Source: Candidatus Marinacidobacterium sp.
Lineage (GTDB): Bacteria > Acidobacteriota > Vicinamibacteria > Marinacidobacterales > Marinacidobacteraceae
DNA: 64,000 nucleotides
Assembly (NCBI GenBank): GCA_965220965.1
Contig: OZ244852.1
Coordinates: forward strand, 1,472,001-1,536,000
Direction of reading: 5' to 3'
Shown piece by piece: positions 8,520-19,600 of this stretch. The notes under the pieces are model-generated. The model was not told where the DNA came from, made no database searches, and was given only the letters and a program-made list of their open reading frames with translations. Made by a program: the position numbers and the translations under genes. Positions within the stretch are counted from its first letter, which is position 1; each line of letters opens with the position of its first letter.

Positions 8520-9971
8520 CTACGCCAGGCCGCGGGCGGTGGCGGTGATCCGGTTCCAGGCGGCGAGCAGGTGGTCGCGGGTCGTCTGCGACTGCGCGAC
8601 GACCATGCGCAGCGCGACGCCCGCCGGGACCCGGGTGTGAGTCAGGTAGAGCTTCCCGCTCTCGTTCAGCGCGTGGAGCAGCGCCATGTTCCGCTGGTCG
8701 AGCTCTTCGGGCGCGTAGTCGCGGTCCGTCGGCCGGTGGCGGAACGTCACGTGGTTCAGCGGAGCGGGGGTCAGGACCTCGAAGTCCGGGGCCTCCTCGA
8801 CCCACTTCAGGAACTCCTGGCCGAGCGCCACGTGCTCGCGGATGTGGCGGCGGAGCCCCTCGGCGCCGTAGTGGCGCAGCACCATCCAGAGCTTCAGCGC
8901 GCGGAAGCGGCGCCCCAGCGGGATGTGCCAGTCCCGGTAGTCGAACACCTCGCCCGCCTCCGAGGCCCGGTTCCGGAGGTACTCCGGGGTGACCGAGAGC
9001 GTCTCGGTCAGTGCATTCCGGTCGGCGACCCAGAAGCAGTCACAATCGAAGTTCGTGAACATCCACTTGTGGGGGTTGAAGCAGTAGGAGTCGGCCAGCT
9101 CCACGCCGTCCTGCAGATGGCGGAACTCCGGGCACAGGAACGCGGTTCCCGACATCGCGGCGTCCACGTGAACCCAGATGCGGTGCTCGCGGGCGATCTC
9201 CGCGAGCTCGCGCAGCGGATCGAACGCCCCGGTCGAAGTCGTGCCCAGCGTCACCGTGAGGAACGCGGGGATCCGGCCGGCGGCGACATCCTGTCTGACC
9301 TGGTCGGCGAAGGCGCCGGGGATCACCGCGCGCGTCACCGGATCCACCGGGAGCGAACGCAGGTTGTCGCCGCCGATCCCGGCGATCCGCACCGCCTTGA
9401 GGAGAGAGGAGTGGGCCTCCCCGGAGCCGTAGGCGACGAGCGGCGCCCGGACGCCCTTCCGGTTCGATTCGAAGTTCGTCGCGCGTTCGCGGGCGGCGAG
9501 CAGCGCGGTCAGGGTGGCCGAGGAGGCGGTGTCCTGGATGACGCCGCCTCCCGCGCCGTCGGACCGGAACCGGTCCGGCAGCCCGATGAGGTCGCCCATC
9601 CAGTCGAGGACATGGGTCTCGAGCTCGGTGCAGGCGGGACTGGTGGCCCAGAGCATCCCCTGGACGCCGAGCCCGGCCGAGAGCAGCTCGCCCAGAACCG
9701 AGGGCCCCGAGAGGTTCGAGGGGAAGAAGGCGAAGAAGTTGGGGGACTGCCAGTGCGTGACCCCGGGCAGGACGATGTCGTCGAGGTCCTTCAGGACCGA
9801 CTCGAACGGCTCGCCCTGCTCGGGTGGACGGGCCGGGAGCCGCGACCGGATCTCCCCGGGGCGGACCTGCGAGAGCACCGGGAAGGACTCGACGCGGGTC
9901 CAGTAGTCGGCGATCCAGTCGAGGACCTGCCGGCCCTGCGCGGCGAAGGCCTGGGGGGAGAGGTGATCCAT
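8520..9971 (-). CDS. PLP-dependent aromatic L-amino-acid decarboxylase (group II)
   Basis: PGVTHWQSPNFFAFFP, SPACTELE, HVDAA, FNPHKW (PLP Lys) and IPLGRRFRALKLW. Confidence 0.92.
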   Translation of the reverse strand: MDHLSPQAFAAQGRQVLDWIADYWTRVESFPVLSQVRPGEIRSRLPARPPEQGEPFESVLKDLDDIVLPGVTHWQSPNFFAFFPSNLSGPSVLGELLSAGLGVQGMLWATSPACTELETHVLDWMGDLIGLPDRFRSDGAGGGVIQDTASSATLTALLAARERATNFESNRKGVRAPLVAYGSGEAHSSLLKAVRIAGIGGDNLRSLPVDPVTRAVIPGAFADQVRQDVAAGRIPAFLTVTLGTTSTGAFDPLRELAEIAREHRIWVHVDAAMSGTAFLCPEFRHLQDGVELADSYCFNPHKWMFTNFDCDCFWVADRNALTETLSVTPEYLRNRASEAGEVFDYRDWHIPLGRRFRALKLWMVLRHYGAEGLRRHIREHVALGQEFLKWVEEAPDFEVLTPAPLNHVTFRHRPTDRDYAPEELDQRNMALLHALNESGKLYLTHTRVPAGVALRMVVAQSQTTRDHLLAAWNRITATARGLA

Positions 9972-10018
9972 CCGCCTATTGTGGGGCCGCTGGCGACGCG
10001 CCCGGCGGTCCCCGGCCG

Positions 10019-10351
10019 TCAGTCCGTCGGGAGGCGGTCGATCTTGGCGGCGAGGATGAAGTCCGACTCGGTCAGGCCGTTCACCTTGTGGGTCCAGATG
10101 GTGACCTCGACCTTGCCCCAGGCGACGAGGAGATCGGGGTGGTGGCCTTCGGCCTCGGCGATCGCTCCGACCTCGTTCGCGAAGTCGAGCGCGCGCTGGA
10201 AGTCGGGGAAGACGAAGGTGCGGGCGATCCGGCGGTGGTCGGCGTGGTTCCAGCCCTCGACCCGGCCGAGGTAGTCCTCGACGTCGGGGGGCGCCATCGG
10301 CGGAACGCCGCCCCGGCAGGGAACGCAGTGACGGGAGGCGAGTTCGGACAT
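10019..10351 (-). CDS. phhB: Pterin-4a-carbinolamine dehydratase
   Basis: AEAEGHHPDL and WTHKVNGLTESDFILAAKID. Confidence 0.92.
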   Translation of the reverse strand: MSELASRHCVPCRGGVPPMAPPDVEDYLGRVEGWNHADHRRIARTFVFPDFQRALDFANEVGAIAEAEGHHPDLLVAWGKVEVTIWTHKVNGLTESDFILAAKIDRLPTD

Positions 10352-10403
10352 CGCCGGGATTATGGCGGTTGCCGGGCCGGGTCCGGCGCGTCGCGCGCGG
10401 GGG

Positions 10404-11531
10404 TCAGAGCGCCGTCAGCAGACCGGCGAGGAGCGCCGCGCGGCGGGGGAGATCGGCGACCCGCACCTGCTCGTGGCGGGCGTGCGCGCCGTCGCCATCC
10501 GGGCCCAGACCGTCGAGGACCGGGATCCCCTTCGCGGCGGCGATGTTGCCGTCGGAGCCGCCCCCGGCGGACCCCTCGCCGAGCTCCCAGTCGAGTTCGG
10601 CCGCCAGATCGCGGGCGCGGTGATAGAGCGCGGCCACTTCGGGCGTGCGCACCAGCGGCGGGCGGTTCACCCCGCCGGTCCAGATGACGCGCGCCTCGGG
10701 GCGCTCGCCGTCGAGCGCCCGGAGAGCTTCGATGAGCCGGTTCCCCTCCTCCGGGTCATCCATGCGGACATCGAGCTGCGCCGTGGCGTGCGCCGGGATG
10801 ACATTCGTGCGGGTCCCGCCCTCGATCCGGCCGACGTTCACCGTCAGACCGCGCCGCGGAGCGGAGAGCGATTCGGCGGCGAGGACAATGTGGGCCAGTT
10901 CGTTCACCGCGCTGACCCCGCGCTCCGGGTCGAGGCCGGCGTGGGCGGCCCGGCCCTCCACCTCGACCTGGAGGACGCCCACCCCCCGCCGCGCGGTCTT
11001 CGCGCCGCCGCCGGGAAGCGAGGGCTCCATGACGAGACAGGCGGCAGACCCGGCGGCTTCCTCTTCGAGGAGGGCGTAGCTCGTCCCGCTGCCCACTTCC
11101 TCATCGGTGTTCCAGACGATCGTGAGCGGGCGGCGGGGCTGGAGGTCCCGCCGGTCGAGGGCGCGGAGCGCCCAGATCGTCTGGACCAGGCCCGCCTTCA
11201 TGTCGTAGACGCCGGGGCCGAAGGCCACGCCCTCCTCGACGCGCCACGGCAGCTCCTCGAGCGTTCCGTGGCGCCAGACGGTGTCGAGGTGCCCGAGCAG
11301 GAGGAGGGGCTTCGCCTCCGGGTCGGACCCGAGGATCCGGATGCGGCGGTGCGGCCCGCGTTCCGGCCCGCTGTTCCCCTCGCCCGGGATCGCATCCACT
11401 TCCGCTTCCGTGAGGAAGCCGCTGGCGCCTTCGGTCAGCGCCCGGGTCGCGAGATCGCCCATCCGCCGGGTCGCCTCGGGGTCGCCCGAGGGCGACTCGA
11501 GGCGCACGAACTCACCGAGCATCGCCAGCAT
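10404..11531 (-). CDS. M20 metallopeptidase (carboxypeptidase G2-like); start uncertain
   Basis: ESPS, GHLDTVW, GPGVYDMKAG, DEEVGS, AAHAG, GGSDGN and HARHE. Confidence 0.88.
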   Translation of the reverse strand: MLAMLGEFVRLESPSGDPEATRRMGDLATRALTEGASGFLTEAEVDAIPGEGNSGPERGPHRRIRILGSDPEAKPLLLLGHLDTVWRHGTLEELPWRVEEGVAFGPGVYDMKAGLVQTIWALRALDRRDLQPRRPLTIVWNTDEEVGSGTSYALLEEEAAGSAACLVMEPSLPGGGAKTARRGVGVLQVEVEGRAAHAGLDPERGVSAVNELAHIVLAAESLSAPRRGLTVNVGRIEGGTRTNVIPAHATAQLDVRMDDPEEGNRLIEALRALDGERPEARVIWTGGVNRPPLVRTPEVAALYHRARDLAAELDWELGEGSAGGGSDGNIAAAKGIPVLDGLGPDGDGAHARHEQVRVADLPRRAALLAGLLTAL

Positions 11532-11598
11532 CGCCCCGGCGTGCGGGGCGAGCCAGTCGAGGTGAGCCGGGACGGTCCGGGCGGCGAGAGGCGAAGCG

Positions 11599-13323
11599 CT
11601 ACTCGACGATCTGATTCCGGACCTCCTGGAGAACCGCGAGCCGCTCGGCGAGCCCGGCATCCTCCGCGCCCATCCCGGCGGCGCTGGCGTAGGCCGCCGC
11701 CGCCTGCTCCACCCGCTCGTAGTCGGCGGCGCCCGCCGGGCAACCCACCTGGGCCGCCTGGAGGCGCTCGCCGAAGGCGGCGTCCTTGAGCCGGCAGGGG
11801 CCGTAGCTGACCTGCGCCGCGTGGGCCCAGGCGAGCATCCGGAACGGCTCGCCCCACGAGTCCAGTTTCATCGTGGCCTCGGAGAACTGCCCCTCGGCGC
11901 CGGCGAAGTTGTTCTGCGCCATGTAGGCCTGGCCGAGCGCGTAGTGCCCGACCGCGGCGTCGCCCGGCTCCACGTCATCCGGGAGGTTCGGGAGGGCGGA
12001 CTCGAGGATCGGAGCGGCCGCCGTCAGGTCCTGCGCGGAGAAGAGCGCGATCCCGTGCTCCATCTGGAAGACGGGGTTGTCACCGGCGGCCGCGACCGCC
12101 TGCTGCGCGGCGGCGAGCGCGCCCGCGGTGTCCTGCGCCTGGCGCGAGGCCTTGGCCTTCTCGAACCACGCGCGTCCCAGACCGTCGGCGACGCCAGGAG
12201 CGTCGGCGTCGGCTTCGGAGGCGGCCTGCATGTGGGTCACCGCCTCATCGAAGTTGCGGTCGGTGATCGCGAACCGGCCGAGCGCGAGATGCGCGGTGGC
12301 GCGCGATGCGGGCGGCGCGTTGTCGAGCGTCGTGACTTTCCGGTAGTAGGTCGTGGCCTGGCTGGCGTTCTGCTGCGCCTCGTAGACCTGGGCGAACGCG
12401 AGGTTCGCCGCCGGGTCGTCGGCGTTCACGGTGATCGCCATCGCCAGATCGCCGTAGGCCTCCTGCTGGTTCCCGAGGGCGTTGTTCGCCTTGCCCCGGA
12501 TGCCGTAGGCCGCGGTCAACTGGTCGTTCAGTTCGAGCGCCGAGGTCGCGGAGGCCACCGCGCCCTGGAAGTCGTCGCGGGCGAAGTAGATCTCGGCGAG
12601 GCCGGCGTGGGCGCGGGCGGTCGTCGAGTCGAGCTCGACCGCGCGCTGGAAGGAAGTCTCGGCGGCGTCGAAATCGCCCCCGGCGAAGGCGGCCTGCCCG
12701 AGCGTCTGGTGGGCCACGGCGCTGTTCGGCTCGAGCGCCAGCGCGGCCTGCGCCATCTCGGCGGCGCCCTCGTACTGCCCCTGACGGGCCATGCTGGCCC
12801 CGATCCCGAGATACACGCTGGCGGGCGGGTTCGGGTTCAGCTCGATCACCTTCTGGCCCGCCTCGATGACCTTCAGGTCATCCTCCATCATCGCGTAGGC
12901 GTTCGTCATCTCGGTCCAGGCTTCGAGGATCTCGGCGTCGTCCTCGAGACCCTCGACCGCCATCGCGTAGGAGCTCGCGACGTTCTCCCACTCCTCGAAC
13001 CGCACGTAGATGCGCGCCAGCTCGAGCCGGACATCGTGCCGGTCGGGATAGTCCTGGAGGACGCGCAGGTAGAGCCCGCCCGCCTGGCTCCAGGCCGCCT
13101 GGGCCGCCTCCATGTCGCCGTCGCGGACCGCGCTCTCGGCGTCATCCATGTGGTCTTCGGCGATGTCGATCGCGCGGGAGACCTCGCGCCGGTTCAGCGG
13201 CTCCTGCTCCTCCTGCGCCAGCGCGGGGGCGAGCCCCACGGCGAAGAGAAGGAGCCCCACGGCGCCCGCCGCCGCCAGCCGGCGCGCCGGAGGAGTGAAG
13301 AACCGGAACTTCGGGAACAACAT
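11599..13323 (-). CDS. Exported tetratricopeptide-repeat protein
   Basis: Hydrophobic signal peptide ending PALA/QE, followed by many ~34-aa TPR-like units (e.g. AVAHQTLGQAAFAGGDFDAAETSFQRAVELD). Confidence 0.85.
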   Translation of the reverse strand: MLFPKFRFFTPPARRLAAAGAVGLLLFAVGLAPALAQEEQEPLNRREVSRAIDIAEDHMDDAESAVRDGDMEAAQAAWSQAGGLYLRVLQDYPDRHDVRLELARIYVRFEEWENVASSYAMAVEGLEDDAEILEAWTEMTNAYAMMEDDLKVIEAGQKVIELNPNPPASVYLGIGASMARQGQYEGAAEMAQAALALEPNSAVAHQTLGQAAFAGGDFDAAETSFQRAVELDSTTARAHAGLAEIYFARDDFQGAVASATSALELNDQLTAAYGIRGKANNALGNQQEAYGDLAMAITVNADDPAANLAFAQVYEAQQNASQATTYYRKVTTLDNAPPASRATAHLALGRFAITDRNFDEAVTHMQAASEADADAPGVADGLGRAWFEKAKASRQAQDTAGALAAAQQAVAAAGDNPVFQMEHGIALFSAQDLTAAAPILESALPNLPDDVEPGDAAVGHYALGQAYMAQNNFAGAEGQFSEATMKLDSWGEPFRMLAWAHAAQVSYGPCRLKDAAFGERLQAAQVGCPAGAADYERVEQAAAAYASAAGMGAEDAGLAERLAVLQEVRNQIVE

Positions 13324-13490
13324 GAGGGCCTCCACGGAAACACCCCGCCCCGGAAGAGGGCGGCGGATTCAAGGGAATGGACTGTAGAACACCGCCCCCC
13401 GCGGGGGCAACCCGACGAAGCGGTCCGGAACTTCGAAACGCCGCCGCGTGGTCAGGTTCTGTCCGGTCGGCGCCGTATGGTTCGGCGGCT

Positions 13491-16400
13491 GTGGCGGCAT
13501 CGTTCCTTCTGAGTCCCCGGGCGTCCTCGCGGATCGCCGCGGCCCGGGACTTCCTGCTGGAGCTTCCGGAGGGGCGGCCGTTCCTCGTGGTGGGCCACCG
13601 GCGCCACCCCGCCGACCGGCTCTGCCACCAGGTGGCCGAGAGCCGCGGCGCGCTCTTCGGCGCCCACCGCGCCGGGTTCTTCGTCCTCGCCGAAGCGCTG
13701 GCGGCGCCCGGGCTCGCCGCCGCCGGGAAGAAGCCGCTGACGCCGGCCTCCCGCCGGGCGCTGGTGGCCCGCGTGGTCCACCGGGCGCGAGGGGACGAGT
13801 CGCTCGGCCGGTTCGCCGCGGTCGCCGCCGGGCCGGGGCTCGCGGCGCGGCTCGCATCCACCTTCGAGGAGCTGCGGCTCGCCGGGGTCGCGCCGGAGGC
13901 GCTCGGGGAGGCGGACCCGGATGTCGGCGGCCTCTACGCCAGTTACGTCGCCGGCCTCGACGAAGCCCGGCTCGCCGACCGCGCCGAGGCGTTTCGGGCG
14001 GCGCGCCGCCGCATCGAACCGGACGGCGGGAACGACGGCGAGGCGGCCGCGGGTCCTCCCCTCGGGCTCCCCACCGTCTTCCTTGACGTTCCCCTGCCGG
14101 ACGAGGCCTCGCGCCGCTTCGCCGGGGCGTTCGCCCGGCAGGCGCCCGCGTTCCTCTGGACCCTCCCGCTGGGCGACGAGCCGACGGCGGCCGCGCTTCG
14201 GGGCCTGGGGGCGGTTCCGGCGCGGGGGAGCGGGGCGGGCCTTCCCTCCCGCGACGAGACCGCGCTCGAGGCGGCGCAGCGCCGGCTCTTCGTCGCCGGA
14301 GGCCGCCAGCGGGGCCGCCGCAGCAAGGGGGGGCTCACGGTCGTCGAGGCGCCCGGACAGGCCGCCGAGGCGATGGAGGCGTCGCGTCTGCTCCTCGCGG
14401 AGGCGAAGACCGGGACGCGCTTCGACCGGATGGCGGTCCTGCTGCCGGAGCCGGAGTCGCAGGCCACCCGCTTCCACGAGGCGTTCCGGCGCGCCGGCAT
14501 CCCGGCGTTCCTCGAGGCCGGCGCCCGCTTGCCCCACCCCGCCGGGCGGGCGTTTCTGGCGCTGCTCGACTGCGCGCTCGACGATGTCTCGGCGAGCCGG
14601 TTCGCCGAGTACCTGTCGCTCGGGCAGACCCCCCGCCCGAAGCGCGCCGAACCGGAGGGCGGGGACGCGCCGGCCGAGCCGTCTGAGCCCTATGTCGCCC
14701 CCCGGCGCTGGGAAGCGCTGCTGCTCGACTCGCAGGTCATCGGCGGCCTCGACCGCTGGGAGCGGCGGCTCGGCCTCTTCGAGGAAGAGCTGACCGCGAA
14801 ACGGAACGCCAGCATCGACCCCGACGAGAAGGCGCGGCTGGAGCGTCGCCGCGCGGACATGGAACGCCTCGCGGAGACCGCGCTCCCGATCGTGCGGCGG
14901 CTCGACGCGCTGCGCGAGCCGAGGTCGTGGGAGGCCTGGGCGAAGGACCTCCGCGAGCTGGCGGAGATGGCGCTGCTCCAACCCGACGGCGTGCTCGCCG
15001 CGCTCGAGGAGACGGCGCCCATGGCCGAGGTGGACGGCGTCGAGCTCGCCGAGGTCCGCGAGGGCCTCGCCCGGCGGCTGGCCGAGGTGGTGCGCCGCTC
15101 CTCCGGGTCGCGCTACGGGCGCGTCTGGGTCGGCCCGGTGGAATCGGCCCGCGGCCTCACGTTCGAGGTCGTCGTGGTTCCGGGGCTCTCGGAGCGCGTC
15201 TTCCCCCGGACGATCCGTGAGGACCCGATGCTGCTCGACCGGCTCCGCGGGCGGCTGGGGCCGACGCTCGCGGTGCAGAACGACCGGTCGGCGCAGGAAC
15301 GGCTGCGCCTGAGGATCGCGGTCGGCGCGGCGTCGCGCCGGCTGATCCTGACCTACTCCTCGCTCGATCTGGTCGAAGGACGCCCACAGACCCCGTCCTA
15401 CTACCTGGCGGAGGCGTTCGGCGCGGCGTTCGGCGAGGTCCCGACGCTCCAGGCGATCCGCGCCGCCTCCGGCAAGGCGAGCGAGGTGATCCCGGGGGTG
15501 CGGGTCCCGAAGGCGAGCGAAGCCTCGGTCGACGCGCGGGAATACGGCCTGTCGCGGATCGTGGCCGCTCTCGGGAGCGACCGCCGGAAGCCCCGGAAGG
15601 GCGCGGCCGCTTTCCTGCTGCGCGAGCCCATCCTCGACCGCGCGCTCCGCCACGAGTACCTGCGGGCGGGGAACAAGTGGCAGTCCGCCGACGGGTTCCT
15701 TCGTCCGAACGACGAGACCCTCGCGGCGCTGGAAGAGCGCCGGCCGGGCGTCCACGCCTACTCGCCGACCGGGCTCGAGACCTTCGCCGTCTGTCCGTAC
15801 CAGTTCTTCCTCAAGAACCTGGTCCGGCTGCGCCCCATCGAACGGCCCGAGGCCGCTCCCCAGCTCGATCCGCTGAACCGGGGCTCCTTCGTCCACGAGG
15901 TCCTCTTCCACCTCGGCCAGGACCTGCGGTCGCTCGCCCCGCTCCGGGACGAGGATCGGGTGGCGGCGGCGCTCGAGCGTCTCGAGGCGCGCTTCAAGGA
16001 GGCCGAGGCGCGGTTCCGGGAGCGAACCGCTCCGCCGATCCGCCGGATCTGGGACGACGAAATGGCCGGGCTGCTCGGCGACCTGCGGGAGTTCCTGCGC
16101 CGGTTCGCCAGGGAAGGGATCGTCCCGCTGGCGAACGAGATCAGCTTCGGGCTCGGCTCGCGGCGCGGGCTCGCGGACCCGGACAGCGTCGCCGAGCCGG
16201 TGACGCTGCCGGGGAAACTGCGGCTTCACGGGTCGATCGACGCGGTGGAAGAGCTTCCCGACGGCCGCCTGCGGGTCACCGACTTCAAGACCGGGAAGGC
16301 CCGCTACGAGGCCAACGCCGACGAGCGGATCCTGTTCGGGGGGCGCGCGCTCCAGCCGGTGCTCTACGCGCTGGCCTACGAGGAGATGTCGGGGCGAAGC

Positions 16401-16694
16401 GTCGCCTCCGGGCGGCTCTACTACTCCACGATGCGGGGCATGTTCCGGGACGTGGAGGTGGACACCGGCGCCGAGGAGACGCGGAACGTCTTCGCCGCCT
16501 TCGTGGAGTCGCTCGACGACGCCGTGCGCCGCGGCCGGTTCCCGGCCGCCCCGCACCAATCGGTCGGCTACCAGGTGTGCCGCTACTGCGACTACCTCCC
16601 GGTCTGCGGGCCGCGCCCGGCGGCGCATCACCGGACGAAGCCGCCGGGGGCGGAAGCGCTCTCCTCCCTGAACCGGGTGAGGGCGCTCCCGTGA
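13491..16694 (+). CDS. addB: AddB/RexB-like subunit: degenerate helicase plus PD-(D/E)XK nuclease with Fe-S cysteines
   Basis: YSPTGLETFAVCPYQFF, LHGSIDAVE..VTDFKTG and CRYCDYLPVC; overlaps the addA start (GTGA). Start inferred. Confidence 0.8.
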   Translation: MAASFLLSPRASSRIAAARDFLLELPEGRPFLVVGHRRHPADRLCHQVAESRGALFGAHRAGFFVLAEALAAPGLAAAGKKPLTPASRRALVARVVHRARGDESLGRFAAVAAGPGLAARLASTFEELRLAGVAPEALGEADPDVGGLYASYVAGLDEARLADRAEAFRAARRRIEPDGGNDGEAAAGPPLGLPTVFLDVPLPDEASRRFAGAFARQAPAFLWTLPLGDEPTAAALRGLGAVPARGSGAGLPSRDETALEAAQRRLFVAGGRQRGRRSKGGLTVVEAPGQAAEAMEASRLLLAEAKTGTRFDRMAVLLPEPESQATRFHEAFRRAGIPAFLEAGARLPHPAGRAFLALLDCALDDVSASRFAEYLSLGQTPRPKRAEPEGGDAPAEPSEPYVAPRRWEALLLDSQVIGGLDRWERRLGLFEEELTAKRNASIDPDEKARLERRRADMERLAETALPIVRRLDALREPRSWEAWAKDLRELAEMALLQPDGVLAALEETAPMAEVDGVELAEVREGLARRLAEVVRRSSGSRYGRVWVGPVESARGLTFEVVVVPGLSERVFPRTIREDPMLLDRLRGRLGPTLAVQNDRSAQERLRLRIAVGAASRRLILTYSSLDLVEGRPQTPSYYLAEAFGAAFGEVPTLQAIRAASGKASEVIPGVRVPKASEASVDAREYGLSRIVAALGSDRRKPRKGAAAFLLREPILDRALRHEYLRAGNKWQSADGFLRPNDETLAALEERRPGVHAYSPTGLETFAVCPYQFFLKNLVRLRPIERPEAAPQLDPLNRGSFVHEVLFHLGQDLRSLAPLRDEDRVAAALERLEARFKEAEARFRERTAPPIRRIWDDEMAGLLGDLREFLRRFAREGIVPLANEISFGLGSRRGLADPDSVAEPVTLPGKLRLHGSIDAVEELPDGRLRVTDFKTGKARYEANADERILFGGRALQPVLYALAYEEMSGRSVASGRLYYSTMRGMFRDVEVDTGAEETRNVFAAFVESLDDAVRRGRFPAAPHQSVGYQVCRYCDYLPVCGPRPAAHHRTKPPGAEALSSLNRVRALP

Positions 16695-19600
16695 CGCCGC
16701 TGCCCGACGCCGCCGCCCGGGAGCGGATCCGCGTTGACCACCGGACGACGCTGATCGTTGAAGCCGCCGCCGGCACCGGAAAGACGACCTCGGTGGTGAG
16801 CCGGGTGACCGAGATGATCGCGCGGGGCGTGGCGCGCATCGGCGAGATCGCGGCGATCACCTTCACCGAGAAGGCCGGGGGCGAACTCCGCCTCCGCATC
16901 CGCCAGGAACTGGAGGCGCGCCTCAGCGGGGACGAGGGCGGCAGGGCCCCCGACGGCGCGGTCCGCGAGCGGATCGAGGCGGCGATCGCCTCGCTGGAGG
17001 AGGCCCCGATCGGCACGATCCACGCTTTCTGCTCCACCCTCCTGCGGGAGCGGCCGGTGGAGGCCGGAGTGGACCCCGACTTCCAGGTCCTCACCGAACG
17101 CGAGGGGGATCCCTTCTACGAGACGGTGTTCCAGCGGTTCCTCGAGAGCCAGCTCGAGAAGCCGCCGCCCGGCATCCGCCGCCTCCTCCGGCGGCGGGCG
17201 CGGCGGCCGAAGGGCGACAGTCCGGTGGACATCCTGAGAGAAGCCGGCCGCCGACTCCTCGAAGCGCGCGACTTCAAGGCCCCCTGGACGACGAAGACAT
17301 GGGATCCGGCCGCGGTCAGCCGGGACCTCATCGAACGGTCGCACAAGGACGACGACGGGGAGGAGATCCCCTCGCTCCGACGCCTGGCGGACATCCACCG
17401 CGCGGTCCCGCCGGAGCCGGCGGCCAGCCGGACGCGCAGCTCGAAGCCGAACTGGCTCCTCCACACCCTGATCGAGGCGGCGACCCTCGATCAGGAGATC
17501 CGCCTTCGGGAAGCGGCCGTTGCGCGCGACGACGAGTGGGTCGAGCAGGCGCTCGCCACCCTGCGCGTCGGACACTACGGGGGGACGCCCCCGCCGGGGG
17601 CGCCGCGCGACCTGAAGAAACTGCGGGACCGCTTCCGCGCGCGCCTCGCCGCGTTCAGCCGGTGGTCCCACGCGGAACTCGCCGCGATGCTGCGCGAGGA
17701 CCTCCGCCCGCTCGTCGAGCAGCACGAGGCGGCGAAGGCCCGGGCAGGCGTCCTGGACTTCGACGACCTCCTGCTGAAGACCCGCGACCTGCTCCGGGAC
17801 CACGACCAGGTGCGGGCGGACCTCCAGTCGCGGTTCCGGCACATCGTGGTCGACGAGTACCAGGACACCGATCCCATCCAGACCGAGATCGTCCTGCTGC
17901 TGACCTCGGCGGAGCCCGCCGGGCGCGACTGGACGAGGGCGGTCCCCCGCCCCGGCCGGCTGTGCCTGGTGGGCGACCCCAAGCAGTCCATCTACCGCTT
18001 CCGCCGCGCCGACATCAGCCACTACCTCGCCGTCAAGCAACGGCTGCTGGAAGCGGGCGCCGAGGAACTGCGGCTGACCTCGAACTTCCGGTCGGTTCCG
18101 GGGATCTGCCAGTTCGTGAACAGCGCGATGGAACCGGTGTTCCGGGAGGCGCCCGAAGTCCAGCCGCTCGCCCGGCAGGTGGACTACCTGCCGCTCCACG
18201 CCACCCGCGAGGCGCTGCCGGGCGGGGCCTCGGTCCGGTCCATCCCGATGCCCACGATGACGGTCCGCGAAATCGAGGAGAAGGAGCCGGACCACGTCGC
18301 GGAGTTCGTCGACAAACTCCTCGCGAGCGGGTTCCGGATCCCGGACCGGGAGAAGGAGGGGGCGCTGCGGCCGGTGCGCCCGGAGGACATCTGCCTGCTG
18401 TTCCGGCGCTTCCGGAACCGGTGGAAGCTCGTCCCGGAGCCCTTCGCCGACGCGCTCCACGACCGCGGCATCCCGCACTCGCTGAACGCGGTGCGGACGT
18501 ATATCGGGAGCGCCGAGCTCACCTTCCTGCGCGCCGCCCTCACCGCGGTCGAGTTCCCGCAGGACGAGCTCAGCGTCTACGCGACGCTCCGCGGCCCGCT
18601 CTTCTCGTTCGCCGACCAGGACCTGTTCCGCTTCGTGCGGACGCACGGACGGCTGCGGCCGGACCGGGCCGGGGCGCTCGAGCTCGACGGCGACGCGCCG
18701 GCGCCCGACCGGCAGATCCGCGAGGCGCTCGGGTTCCTCTTCCGTCTCCACCGGCGACGGAACCACCGACCGCTGGCGGTGACCCTCGAAGAACTGCTCG
18801 GAGCGCACCGCGCCGAGATCGGGTTCGCGTTCTGGAGGTCCCCCGACCAGGTGCTCACGAACCTGCGCCGGCTGGTGGAGGAGGCCCGGACGTTCGAGGC
18901 GGGGCGCGGGCCCTTCGGGCGCGGGCTCTCACTCCGGGGGTTCGTGGAGCGGCTCGCCACCCAGGCCGAGAGCGACGACGCCTCGGCCGGCCAGACGATG
19001 GACGAGGACGTGAGCGGCGTGCGGCTCATGACGATCCACTCGGCCAAGGGGCTCGAGTTCCCGGTGGTCGTGCTCTGCGACGCCGCCGCCGGCCGCACCG
19101 GTCAGGCGGGGCGGACGGTCTCGCGCGAGCGCGACCTCCACGCCTGCGACCTCGGCGCCGGGCTGCGTCCCTGGGACCTGATCGAGGCCGAGCCGGCCGA
19201 GAAAGCGGAGGAGATCGCCGAGCTGGACCGCCTGCTCTACGTGGGGATGACCCGGGCGCGCGATCTCCTCGCCTGCCCGGTCGTCGAGGTGCGGTACGAC
19301 CGCAAGCCGCGCTTCCTCCAGGCGCCCATGGGCGAGCTGGAGCGGCGCGCCGCCGCGGAGAAGGCCGCGGCGCAGCGGAGCGACGACGAGGCGTCGCCAG
19401 ACCGGCCCTCGAGCGGCGTCATCGGGTGGCGGCGCCGCGGCGCGGTCCGCTGGAACATCCTGGCCGAGAAGGGGAACGAGGCCGCCGCCGAACTGGGGAA
19501 GGTGGCGGAGGCGGAGTTCCTCGAGGCTCGCGAAAATGCGCTTCGGGAGGGCGGGGTTCCCGAACGCCGGATCGCGCCGGCGAAGCGGCTCGCGACCGAG

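Noticed and set aside
15677-16690. Apparent N-terminal extensions of AddA (from 15677), and likewise LeuS (from 59394) and GlyS (from 51677)
   Set aside because: They are off-frame read-through of upstream genes; homology begins at the coupled starts 16691, 58332 and 50963.
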